From IMG/VR virus record IMGVR_UViG_3300042564_001198: 20,000 bases of DNA; one strand, given 5' to 3'. Each line of letters begins with the position of its first letter. The stretch's first letter is position 1. Below the pieces are notes generated by a model that was not told the DNA's origin, did no database searches, and saw only the letters and a program-made list of their open reading frames with translations. Below, piece by piece: positions 8,518 through 16,394 of this stretch. The stretch is from an uncultured virus (IMG/VR IMGVR_UViG_3300042564_001198). Taxonomy: Duplodnaviria > Heunggongvirae > Uroviricota > Caudoviricetes. Both the position numbers and the translations under genes were made by a program.

Positions 8518-8769
8518 TTAATTATCAAAATATGAATAATAGAAGTCAGAATGACTCTCAGAATGTAACGATGGGCTTGCCCCTTCAGAGCAGTTTTCTA
8601 ATGTAAACGTAGGAGAGTATTGCTTTTCTTTTGATGCGTTGATACAGCTATTACAAAGCCCTACAAGCTCATCTGAATTGGGGTATGTACGTTTCTGTTC
8701 GCCTGTATCTAATAAGCGATTACAAGCCATGCAGCGGCTTATAAACCCTGTGATTGATCTATTTGTCAT
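8518..8769 (-). CDS. Hypothetical Zn-finger protein
   Basis: 83 aa with CMAC...CNSC. Confidence 0.65.
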   Translation of the reverse strand: MTNRSITGFISRCMACNRLLDTGEQKRTYPNSDELVGLCNSCINASKEKQYSPTFTLENCSEGASPSLHSESHSDFYYSYFDN

Positions 8770-8781
8770 ATTGTTATTCTT

Positions 8782-9060
8782 CTAGCATGTGATTGTTAAA
8801 GGGCTTGACCAAGGACGTAAGTAATCTGGTAATGGTTTACCAACATCAATTCGGTCTTGGGTTATTTTAAATTTATCAAGAACAGGAGAATCCGATAGTA
8901 ACCACTCCGATATTGTAGGATTCTTGATTGTTGTAGTTTCTTTCTTAAACACTAAATTCAAATGGTCTTTAATAATTAATACTTGCTTTGCATCCAGCAT
9001 AGATGGATCACCAATTTCTAATAATCCTTGTAACCAATAACAGAAATTCTCTGGGGTCAT
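8782..9060 (-). CDS. Hypothetical phage protein (92 aa)
   Basis: Start revised to ATG 9060 after AAAGGA RBS: MTPENFCYWLQGLLEI. Confidence 0.75.
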   Translation of the reverse strand: MTPENFCYWLQGLLEIGDPSMLDAKQVLIIKDHLNLVFKKETTTIKNPTISEWLLSDSPVLDKFKITQDRIDVGKPLPDYLRPWSSPLTITC

Positions 9061-9084
9061 AATGTTTCCTTTTGTTTGAATAGG

Positions 9085-9416
9085 CAATGAGCTGGCAACC
9101 TCAGCGGTTACGCTAAGCCGGAAAACCTTCGGGCTTACTTTGCAACGTTACTTGCGCATTCAGCTCATTCGACTATAGACTTGTGCTTACCTCTCACTCT
9201 GGCGTTCCACAGCAGCAAACTGTGTTGATCTGTTGAGCAAGTCTATATGCGAATAAACTCACAGTAAGAACCACTTACTTACGGTTGTGACTCCGGCAAC
9301 TCCTTTAGTGCTTCTCAGCTAACGCAATATCCGTCGAAAGTTGCTCTACTCGGATACTACGCCAATGTTACCAACGCTGTGGTTAGCAGCGGCATCATAA
9401 CATTAGGGACTCATTG
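9085..9416 (-). ncRNA. Candidate structured ncRNA (~330 nt) with possible pseudoknots
   Basis: Stems 9321-9333/9351-9363 (13 bp, 4 G.U on minus), 9174-9183/9238-9247, 9086-9094/9161-9169; GCU-GAGA-AGC loop; no credible ORF. Confidence 0.6.
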
Positions 9417-9431
9417 TTAATTAATCGAATT

Positions 9432-9662
9432 TCACATTCCAAATTTTACTTTAAAATAACTACCACACTGATTACGATAATGCAAGTTAAGCACTTCACG
9501 TAATTGTTCATAATTGAGAGAACAAACACGAGCAATCATTTCGTTATGTTCAATCCCCCAATTGTGTTCATTGTAGCGTTGATATGACGGATGCGTCAAC
9601 AACATTCTAATTTTATTAGCAAGTTTACGAATCTGTGTCTTGCTTAGCTTTTTCAAATTCAT
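9432..9662 (-). CDS. Hypothetical protein
   Basis: 76 aa, AAGGA RBS, promoter upstream. Confidence 0.7.
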   Translation of the reverse strand: MNLKKLSKTQIRKLANKIRMLLTHPSYQRYNEHNWGIEHNEMIARVCSLNYEQLREVLNLHYRNQCGSYFKVKFGM

Positions 9663-9689
9663 GTGTATTCCTTATTTGTGATATAAAAA

Positions 9690-9717
9690 AGAATAACACA
9701 TGATTCTTATTTGTCAA
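9690..9717 (-). promoter_or_regulatory. Sigma70-like promoter
   Basis: TTGACA-16bp-TATTCT with extended TG. Confidence 0.55.
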
Positions 9718-9731
9718 TAGCTAATTTGAAA

Positions 9732-10634
9732 TTATTTTACATGAGGTAAAATCTTACCATCATTTAACGCTGTTTGAAACTTATTCCAGAAACCTTGCAC
9801 ACGAGAGTAATACAGCTTACAACACAACCCGTAATGCTCCCAAGCAAATTCTCTAAACCAACCAGAAGTAATGCTCGTACACACTTTCATCAAGCTATAA
9901 CGCCACACTTCATGTTCTTTCACTTCTGGATCATCAATATGAATTAAGCTGCGTTCAATAGCCAAAACCATAGCTTCTTCCAGAACTGCATTGAGCTTTG
10001 TATCCAATGATTGTTGTTCAAACAACTTCTTACAGGTTTTAACTTCTCCAACCAGAAAGCTCTTATAAGCTGGCTCATTCTCAATTGCCACAGCTTCATG
10101 GATACTATCATGGTCGTAAATATATTCAACACCTTTTGTGTCGAAGAATTCTTCCTTGCTTTTATCCAAGCTCGGATGATTGTAGTAATACGTTTCTTTC
10201 TCACGCTCTATAAACCACTCAGAAAGCTCTGGTGGGATTTTAGCTCCTACCCTACGTAAGTCTTGAATGTCTTTCCAAGTCTTCTCAAAATGCGGGCTGT
10301 TGCGTAAAAACCTATGTGACATCTTCAATGTGTAAGCTAAGTCAATCTTACTTACTTGATGTTGTGTTAATATCTTCAACAAGCTCTCAGCAACACTACC
10401 TTTCACAGCTAACTCAACTTCAAGTATATCACCTGACGGATGTTTTAATACAAACGACTTTCTTACAGGATGACCACCGTCAATCACCTGTGCTGTGGAC
10501 CATTGATGTTCTTTTAATATTTCTGCAAATCTTTCTTCTGTACAAATAATATCGTAATCTGACTTAAAGGAAGGTTGACGTACACCTGATGCACCATCCA
10601 ATAAACGACTTCCTACAGTGATTTCTTGTAACAT
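9732..10634 (-). CDS. Nucleotidyltransferase-fold phage protein
   Basis: N-terminal VGSR...SDYDII (GS/DxD pattern); helical C-half with YDHDSIHE and CTSITSGWFREFAWE; AAGGAG RBS. Confidence 0.6.
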   Translation of the reverse strand: MLQEITVGSRLLDGASGVRQPSFKSDYDIICTEERFAEILKEHQWSTAQVIDGGHPVRKSFVLKHPSGDILEVELAVKGSVAESLLKILTQHQVSKIDLAYTLKMSHRFLRNSPHFEKTWKDIQDLRRVGAKIPPELSEWFIEREKETYYYNHPSLDKSKEEFFDTKGVEYIYDHDSIHEAVAIENEPAYKSFLVGEVKTCKKLFEQQSLDTKLNAVLEEAMVLAIERSLIHIDDPEVKEHEVWRYSLMKVCTSITSGWFREFAWEHYGLCCKLYYSRVQGFWNKFQTALNDGKILPHVK

Positions 10635-10656
10635 CAACCTCTCCTTCTATTTCAGA

Positions 10657-10914
10657 TTAACAATGTTGGCTGGAAGCCATCCAAGCGTAAGGTGTTTCAC
10701 TTTCCTCATCACTAGAAGCATCCCAGTCTTCTGTGAATGTACCACCCATACCGTATGTTAAACTGAAACGTAAATCGAAACGATGTGTTTCTGCTAAAAC
10801 TTCCGCTTCAGCAATGGCTGCTTTAGCTAAGTCCATCAAAGCATCAGCTTTCAGCTTTGGAGTTACATCTTGGAAATCCAGAATCTGTTGGATTGTTTGT
10901 GTTTTCTTACTCAT
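10657..10914 (-). CDS. Small acidic hypothetical protein
   Basis: 85 aa, AGGAG RBS; YGMGG and C-terminal WMASSQHC. Confidence 0.75.
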   Translation of the reverse strand: MSKKTQTIQQILDFQDVTPKLKADALMDLAKAAIAEAEVLAETHRFDLRFSLTYGMGGTFTEDWDASSDEESETPYAWMASSQHC

Positions 10915-10957
10915 TTACTTTCTCCTTTAAGTTAACAGCGTTATTGCTGTGGTGTAT

Positions 10958-10985
10958 ATTCTACTGATTTAATTCTTATTGTCAA
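10958..10985 (-). promoter_or_regulatory. Sigma70-like promoter
   Basis: TTGACA-16bp-TAGAAT. Confidence 0.6.
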
Positions 10986-10988
10986 GAG

Positions 10989-11261
10989 TTATTCTGAATA
11001 AACTTCTAACATCTTCTTGTTGTATTCCTTCACCCAGCCATATGTCAGGAAGAAATCTACGAAGTAGATAATGGCACTAATCACCACCAAAGGTGGAATG
11101 AACAAACCTAATACAAACACTAATGCTCGAAATACAAAGTGTGTTTCTTCTCCTACATACCAGCAGTGTAAGCCTACCACGCCAAATAGAAAACCTAATA
11201 TGTATGCTACACCAGTAGACTTCTTATTTAATTCATATAAAGCTAATTGTTTTGTGTTCAT
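10989..11261 (-). CDS. TM2-domain membrane protein
   Basis: KKSTGVAYILGFLFGVVGLHCWYVG matches the TM2 pattern; hydrophobic helices. Confidence 0.75.
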   Translation of the reverse strand: MNTKQLALYELNKKSTGVAYILGFLFGVVGLHCWYVGEETHFVFRALVFVLGLFIPPLVVISAIIYFVDFFLTYGWVKEYNKKMLEVYSE

Positions 11262-11270
11262 TATTCTCTC

Positions 11271-11561
11271 CTATAACTTCAAGTACTTTTTCATTAAAGT
11301 TTTTAACTTACCTAAGTCATCCGATACTAGATCGGACTCAGTGATGCAGTCAAAGTAATCATCTATGTGTGTTTCTACCATAACCAAGAAAGCTCTGGTG
11401 TTGTTTCTATGAATTATTTCAGTAACAGGAATAACCTGATACGGACCAACATAATGCCCAGAAATTAGTTTACATACATTGATTGGGATATTAACTTCAA
11501 AAGAGGTAATATCCCAATTGTCATGGCCAAACGGCATAGCTAACGTCTTACTCTTATACAT
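11271..11561 (-). CDS. Hypothetical protein
   Basis: 96 aa, AGGAGG RBS. Confidence 0.7.
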   Translation of the reverse strand: MYKSKTLAMPFGHDNWDITSFEVNIPINVCKLISGHYVGPYQVIPVTEIIHRNNTRAFLVMVETHIDDYFDCITESDLVSDDLGKLKTLMKKYLKL

Positions 11562-11660
11562 TTAAACCTCCTACAATCAATTCTAAGCCATTTTAGACAT
11601 CATTGTGTCTAAATGTATTCCATAACATCTAAAATGGCTATCCGTGTGTCCTATGAGCTA

Positions 11661-11689
11661 ATACTAAGCTATGTTTGTGTTGTTGTCAA
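11661..11689 (-). promoter_or_regulatory. Sigma70-like promoter
   Basis: TTGACA-17bp-TAGTAT. Confidence 0.6.
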
Positions 11690-11700
11690 GAATTATTTTG

Positions 11701-12270
11701 TTAATTAAACTGATTCATGGATTTTTCGTAACTTTCTATTGAAATTTTACCATGAGTCTGAAAATACTCTTTAACGTAAGAATCCACATCAGCATACCCT
11801 TGTCCTTCGATAAAATCAATGAGCTGCTTACCTGACCCATCAAAAACAGCCACTATTTGCCGATCTATTTGTTTCAGACAAAGCCCTGTCGTAGCCAATT
11901 CAATCGGTATCCCAAGCTCATCCATAGCATTACTGTAATACCCCCAACTGGCATCCACTTCAAAACCATAATCCCAGTCAACATCATCATGCCTGAGAAA
12001 ATTCAGATCAGCGCATTTCCATTTGATAAACTCTGGTAGCTCTTTTATGGAAAAGTTCGGTTTGTCTTTGTTCAGTAAAGGGTTCTTTTTAGAAATACCA
12101 AAAGCTTCAACTTCCAGCATGGTTTCTTTGTCTGGTAACTCACAGTAAACTACCTCATCAAATTCCTTGTCCCGTTTGTGAGTTTTCAACCTATCTATAA
12201 TTTTAGTGGTAGAACCAATGTACACTAACTCGCCTTTATTTTTAAGACAATAAACATAATATTTAGTCAT
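11701..12270 (-). CDS. GIY-YIG endonuclease family protein
   Basis: YYVYCL..LVYIGST...RLKTH...E..I....P.LN. Confidence 0.8.
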   Translation of the reverse strand: MTKYYVYCLKNKGELVYIGSTTKIIDRLKTHKRDKEFDEVVYCELPDKETMLEVEAFGISKKNPLLNKDKPNFSIKELPEFIKWKCADLNFLRHDDVDWDYGFEVDASWGYYSNAMDELGIPIELATTGLCLKQIDRQIVAVFDGSGKQLIDFIEGQGYADVDSYVKEYFQTHGKISIESYEKSMNQFN

Positions 12271-12284
12271 TCTATTTTCCTATC

Positions 12285-12755
12285 TCAAATTAAACCAATA
12301 CTTCTTTCATACTCATAATCAGGTTCGCTGAATTCAGGTATGTAACCACTCATGTCCACAGGAACATCCAACAAATGACTTGGTACTGATTCCTTACCGG
12401 TATTAACCACATCAAATATAGAATCAAACTTTGTGTAGTTCAGCCTGTTGCCACCACCGTTGAAGTAGTCAATGTATCCATGTGTTTTCCATTTCTGCAC
12501 GAAACGAGTTACAGTCTTTTTATCTACACCAACAGCATCAGCTATCTGCTGATAAGTTTCATAGTAACCGTTCTTTGTGATGAAATATACATACCTAGAT
12601 CTCATGTACACAAACAAAACCTTATCAAGAATTGTGATCTCTACTTCTTCTGGATCTCCATCAATGAATACACAACGAGACAGAGTGTGCCTCTGTTTCA
12701 GTATGTTGTGGTGAAGTTGTACGAAGCTTGGTTCTTTATCTTCTTTCTTTTTCAT
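12285..12755 (-). CDS. HTH DNA-binding protein, putative replication initiator
   Basis: YETYQQIADAVGVDKKTVTRFVQKWKTHGYI winged-HTH pattern; next to iteron array. Confidence 0.6.
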   Translation of the reverse strand: MKKKEDKEPSFVQLHHNILKQRHTLSRCVFIDGDPEEVEITILDKVLFVYMRSRYVYFITKNGYYETYQQIADAVGVDKKTVTRFVQKWKTHGYIDYFNGGGNRLNYTKFDSIFDVVNTGKESVPSHLLDVPVDMSGYIPEFSEPDYEYERSIGLI

Positions 12756-12782
12756 TTCTATTCCTAAAGTTCTAATGTATCT

Positions 12783-12902
12783 CTACATCTTTTCTATTTC
12801 TCTAAGCTTAACCAAACAGTTAACAATAAAAGCCTGACGGCTAAGCTCACCCCTACGACTATCTATCCACACAAGAACGTGTTTAGGTAGTAATAATTCC
12901 AT
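12783..12902 (-). CDS. 39 aa ribbon-helix-helix (CopG/Arc-like) protein (not in ORF track)
   Basis: AGGAGA RBS; MELLLPKHVLVWIDSRRGELSRQAFIVNCLVKLREIEKM fits strand-P-helix-G-x-SR-helix. Confidence 0.6.
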   Translation of the reverse strand: MELLLPKHVLVWIDSRRGELSRQAFIVNCLVKLREIEKM

Positions 12903-12914
12903 AATAATCTCCTA

Positions 12915-12990
12915 CTCTCTACTTGATTAAATTAATTATTCTATCTTTCTTTTCTTTGTTTCTTTTTATCTTACTTCTATCTTACTAATG
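12915..12990. promoter_or_regulatory. AT-rich, strand-asymmetric tract (putative DNA unwinding element)
   Basis: Pyrimidine-rich plus strand (ctatctttcttttctttgtttctttttatcttacttctatc) adjoining the iterons. Confidence 0.5.
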
Positions 12991-12995
12991 GAAGG

Positions 12996-13096
12996 TGCAA
13001 AATGTCTTATCTCTGTGGACAAATTGTCCTACCTGTGGTGACAGAATGTCTTTTCTATGAAGACAAAAAGTCTATTCCAGAAAGGACAAAAAGTCC
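12996..13096. repeat. Five iterons, consensus GACAAAATGTCY, period 22-23 bp (putative replication origin)
   Basis: TGCAAAATGTCT 12996, GACAAATTGTCC 13018, GACAGAATGTCT 13040, GACAAAAAGTCT 13062, GACAAAAAGTCC 13085. Confidence 0.8.
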
Positions 13097-13099
13097 TCA

Positions 13100-13258
13100 T
13101 TACCTCATCTTTTCCTGAATAAACTCATCAACAAGAAGTGCTATATGCTCACTATCCGCCCACTCCGACCAGTCGATAACACTCCAAATCAAAGCAACCT
13201 GCTCAACAGGAAGCTCGTAATGCTCAGCAATCTGTTTAATCATTTCTTCATCTTTCAT
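13100..13258 (-). CDS. 52 aa acidic hypothetical protein (not in ORF track)
   Basis: AAGGAG RBS; MKDEEMIKQIAEHYELPVEQVALIWSVIDWSEWADSEHIALLVDEFIQEKMR. Confidence 0.7.
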   Translation of the reverse strand: MKDEEMIKQIAEHYELPVEQVALIWSVIDWSEWADSEHIALLVDEFIQEKMR

Positions 13259-13394
13259 TGTCAATCTCCTTTGTTAACCTTTACTCTAATATCTTACCAC
13301 ACCTGTATATCATGTCCACTCAGATGCGATGAACAACCGATTCCACAAGACCAAACGCAAATCTCTAAAATTGCGTTTACCTCAACAGCTATAC

Positions 13395-13423
13395 ACATTA
13401 CACCGAATAAATAATGTTGTCAA
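13395..13423 (-). promoter_or_regulatory. Leftward sigma70-like promoter of divergent pair
   Basis: TTGACA-17bp-TAATGT. Confidence 0.6.
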
Positions 13424-13458
13424 CCTATTTCTCATTTGACAAATTCCACAAATACCTA

Positions 13459-13487
13459 TTGACAACCAATCAACAACACTGTAATCT
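13459..13487 (+). promoter_or_regulatory. Rightward sigma70-like promoter of divergent pair
   Basis: TTGACA-17bp-TAATCT; marks the strand switch. Confidence 0.6.
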
Positions 13488-13520
13488 GTGCAGACATTAA
13501 CACATATGAGGAGAAAATTA

Positions 13521-14111
13521 ATGTTTAAATCAATTATTTCGTGGTGGAAAAATCAATTTCTTGCTGAAGGTGAGAGTCAAATTAAGTATCAGGAAGATGT
13601 AAGTGTTAAAGCTACACTGCCAGACTTACCTGAGAATGTACTAACTAAATCTCAATATTTGGGTAGTAGTCTCAAAGGTGAGGAATTTTATTTACGCATT
13701 AAACTAGGTGTGGATACTTTCAGTCTATATGGTAACAATAATGAATTACTTGATAGACAACTTAATGTCCCAGTAGCTACACTGCTGAAAGTAATCAAGC
13801 AAGCTTTTGACGATGGCGGTATTTACTTTCCAACAAGAGATCTGGAAACTGGAACAGTTACGGTAAAGTACAAAGAGAAACGGTTGTTAGATTTGGTGTT
13901 TAGTACAGAATCCTCGCTCCTGCGTTTCAGTAATGACTTAGTGTACGTGAATTGCCCTATTCGGTTCCCAGAAAGTTTGAATTTCTTAACGCAAGACGAA
14001 CATTTCTGGATTAGTCAGTATTTCCACTATCGTCTGAGAACCTTATGTGAAGAAAATGAAGAAAAACGTCGAGCAGCAACAGAGTTAGAACTACAGGAGT
14101 TATTAAAATGA
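13521..14111 (+). CDS. Hypothetical protein (196 aa)
   Basis: Start revised to ATG 13521 after GAGGAG. Confidence 0.75.
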   Translation: MFKSIISWWKNQFLAEGESQIKYQEDVSVKATLPDLPENVLTKSQYLGSSLKGEEFYLRIKLGVDTFSLYGNNNELLDRQLNVPVATLLKVIKQAFDDGGIYFPTRDLETGTVTVKYKEKRLLDLVFSTESSLLRFSNDLVYVNCPIRFPESLNFLTQDEHFWISQYFHYRLRTLCEENEEKRRAATELELQELLK

Positions 14112-14749
14112 TCAAAATTGATGAAGACATCTTAGCGACAATTGAGAGTATTGCTGAGAATACGATTGGTTACGAAGTGTATCTTGGGGGCGGTCTTTGC
14201 CGCGATGTGTATCTTGGTGTAAAACCAAAGGACATTGATTTATTCTTTGTCCCAGTTGAGAATGCACCTCAATACTTGTTATATGACACACATCGTAACT
14301 TACAGTATAGTTATCGAATGGAAACAAACGAGACACAATCTCTGTATCAACGAGGTGTTGAACAACTGATTGGTTTTAAAACTCCATCGTTAGCGGTGCC
14401 TGAGCTTCAGTTTATCGTGTATGGGACAACGTTGACAGCAGAAGAACTCACTGAAGACATGGATATTGGTATTTGTCAAATCATGTATCACATTTTCTCT
14501 GGTAAATTCTACGTATCTGAGAATTTTAAGAAAGATGTTGCAGCTAAAGAGATCCGCTGTTATCATAAGTACGACAAATACCGCATGATTGAACGATTTG
14601 ACAGAATGCAACGTAAGTTTCCAGACTTTAAGTGTGTTGGTAAACCTACGGTTGGGTTTAATGACTTCATCGAATCACCAATCGAAGTTATCAGCAGTGT
14701 TTATCGTAAGATTAAACCGCGTAAAGTTAGTTGTAGTAGTGGATACTGA
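14108..14749 (+). CDS. Class II nucleotidyltransferase (CCA-adding/poly(A) polymerase head domain-like)
   Basis: YLGGGLCRDVYLGVKPKDIDLFF motif A and DMDIGICQI (RDFTIN-like). Confidence 0.75.
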   Translation: MIKIDEDILATIESIAENTIGYEVYLGGGLCRDVYLGVKPKDIDLFFVPVENAPQYLLYDTHRNLQYSYRMETNETQSLYQRGVEQLIGFKTPSLAVPELQFIVYGTTLTAEELTEDMDIGICQIMYHIFSGKFYVSENFKKDVAAKEIRCYHKYDKYRMIERFDRMQRKFPDFKCVGKPTVGFNDFIESPIEVISSVYRKIKPRKVSCSSGY

Positions 14750-14890
14750 CGTAATCCACATTTAAACGCTCTAGGAACGATTATAAGCGATTATTTTATT
14801 TATGGCTACGTATGTATGACTTTATGAATATAATTGATTGTAGGCGTTTATAGGGCGGTTATAATTGATTTTAACAGGAGGATTGAGGTA

Positions 14891-15196
14891 ATGAGTAAAC
14901 AGATGGTTCGAGTAGAGCTGACAACACTTCAAACAGAGGGCAATGTTCCGGATTTAATTCTTGAACTGCAAGAGTTAGTTACACAGTACGGTAACACATT
15001 GGACTACGAGGTTGAAACACGGTATTCTTGGGGTGATGAGTATAAAGAATTTGTAGTTTATCACAACAGAGAAGAAACTGATGAAGAATATCAAGGGAGA
15101 CTGGGGAGAGAAGCGTATTATGTTAAAATGCTAGAAGAAAAAGAGAAAGCCGAGTATGAACGCTTGACTATTAAATTTAAGAAACCAAGTTTTTGA
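14891..15196 (+). CDS. Hypothetical protein (101 aa)
   Basis: Start revised to ATG 14891 after GAGG; REETDEEY..R motif. Confidence 0.75.
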   Translation: MSKQMVRVELTTLQTEGNVPDLILELQELVTQYGNTLDYEVETRYSWGDEYKEFVVYHNREETDEEYQGRLGREAYYVKMLEEKEKAEYERLTIKFKKPSF

Positions 15197-15207
15197 GGGG
15201 GATGAGA

Positions 15208-15540
15208 ATGAAACCAATTAATCGTAAATTTACCCCAGAAGTAGGTATGGCTTTAGCAACTAAAGATGGTCAGCGTTGTGGGAATGCTTTTATTATTAAA
15301 GAAGAAGATGAGAATTACGGTGGTGTAGAAACATTTCACTTGTTCCATGTGTTAACTGATTTCGGCAATGTAATGCGACTGACTGAGAACGAAGTCATTG
15401 AATTATTTGATATTGCTGATTGGTGGTGCGAGGAAGTAACATTTAGAGGGTTCTCTACTATGCCTAACCCTAAATGTCCTGTAGCGAGAATTAAACGTCA
15501 GATGCAATTGTTGACAGAACTATTGGAGGAATTGGAATAA
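15208..15540 (+). CDS. Hypothetical protein
   Basis: GAGGGGG RBS; LATKDGQRCGNA..VLTDFGN; stop overlaps next start. Confidence 0.7.
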   Translation: MKPINRKFTPEVGMALATKDGQRCGNAFIIKEEDENYGGVETFHLFHVLTDFGNVMRLTENEVIELFDIADWWCEEVTFRGFSTMPNPKCPVARIKRQMQLLTELLEELE

Positions 15541-16166
15541 TGGCAACACCAAATACAAAACGAGATGAGAAACAATCATCTAATGATTTATATGTTACAC
15601 CTGAAGAAGCTTTGGATGCTATTTGGTCACACATGCTGAAAGATGTTTTACGAAGTAAATCAGTATTAGAACCTTGCGCTGGTATGTTAGATATTGCTGA
15701 TTATTTAGAGAGTCAAGTGATTGATGCGAAAATATATGTGAACGAATTACATCCAGTTAAAGGGGTTTATTACGACAACACTGTAGATTTCTTATCCGAA
15801 GATAACGGTATAGGCAAACACGATCTTATTGTAACAAATCCGCCTTATAACAAAGCTGCGGAGTTTATCCTGAAAGGCTTTGAACATGCAGCCGTTCAAT
15901 GGCACTTTTTAAGACTATCGTTTTTAGAAGGACAGAAGCGATTTGATAACTTATTTAATTTAGGTAAATTATCGGATGTTTATGTATTTACTTACAGAGT
16001 GAGTTGTCCTAAAGGTGTATATCGTGAAGAAACCGCAAATAGTGTGTGCTATGCTTGGTATCGGTTTGATAATAAATACTGTGGTCAACCCCGATTACAC
16101 TGGTTAACTAAAGGAGAACAACATGCAAGACAACATTTATTCCTACGACAATCACAACGGATTTGA
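15540..16166 (+). CDS. DNA amino-methyltransferase (N6-adenine or N4-cytosine)
   Basis: DLYVTP, motif I VLEPCAG, motif IV IVTNPPY. Confidence 0.85.
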   Translation: MATPNTKRDEKQSSNDLYVTPEEALDAIWSHMLKDVLRSKSVLEPCAGMLDIADYLESQVIDAKIYVNELHPVKGVYYDNTVDFLSEDNGIGKHDLIVTNPPYNKAAEFILKGFEHAAVQWHFLRLSFLEGQKRFDNLFNLGKLSDVYVFTYRVSCPKGVYREETANSVCYAWYRFDNKYCGQPRLHWLTKGEQHARQHLFLRQSQRI

Positions 16167-16338
16167 CCTTGTTGTAGAAGTTGCAGGTAATTACGAAGAA
16201 ACAGCTTATGTTGGATATGTGTATTATAAGAATAATCTTAAATACAGAACACCAATACGCTGGAATGGAGAACGTTGTAGACAAGAGATTATTGATGATC
16301 TGGAAGCATATCTGGATAATTTCGGCGCAGTCTATTGA
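16123..16338 (+). CDS. Hypothetical protein
   Basis: 71 aa, AAGGAG RBS, overlaps the MTase 3' end. Confidence 0.7.
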   Translation: MQDNIYSYDNHNGFDLVVEVAGNYEETAYVGYVYYKNNLKYRTPIRWNGERCRQEIIDDLEAYLDNFGAVY

Positions 16339-16362
16339 CAAATAGGAATTTAGTGGTAGTAT
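16335..16362 (+). promoter_or_regulatory. Sigma70-like promoter
   Basis: TTGACA-16bp-TAGTAT with extended TG; -35 overlaps the TGA stop. Confidence 0.6.
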
Positions 16363-16394
16363 TGAATAATGATTAATTATTGAGGAGAGAAATT

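Noticed and set aside
6665..9416. tRNA genes or a further group I intron in the non-coding gaps
   Set aside because: No GTTCGA T-loop cloverleaf and no GACUA/UAGUC P7 pair found by eye; tRNAscan-SE or Infernal would confirm
9085..9416. Retron msr-msd, suggested by the terminal inverted repeat
   Set aside because: No reverse transcriptase in the window and the repeat is only 7 bp
12996..13096. CRISPR mini-array
   Set aside because: 12-bp degenerate repeats with 10-11 bp gaps are too short; periodicity fits iterons
111..13414. Short plus-strand ORFs (e.g. 111-389, 4644-5027, 5239-5523, 6914-7117, 7822-8037, 13145-13414)
   Set aside because: Antisense to well-supported genes or RNAs, no RBS, atypical composition
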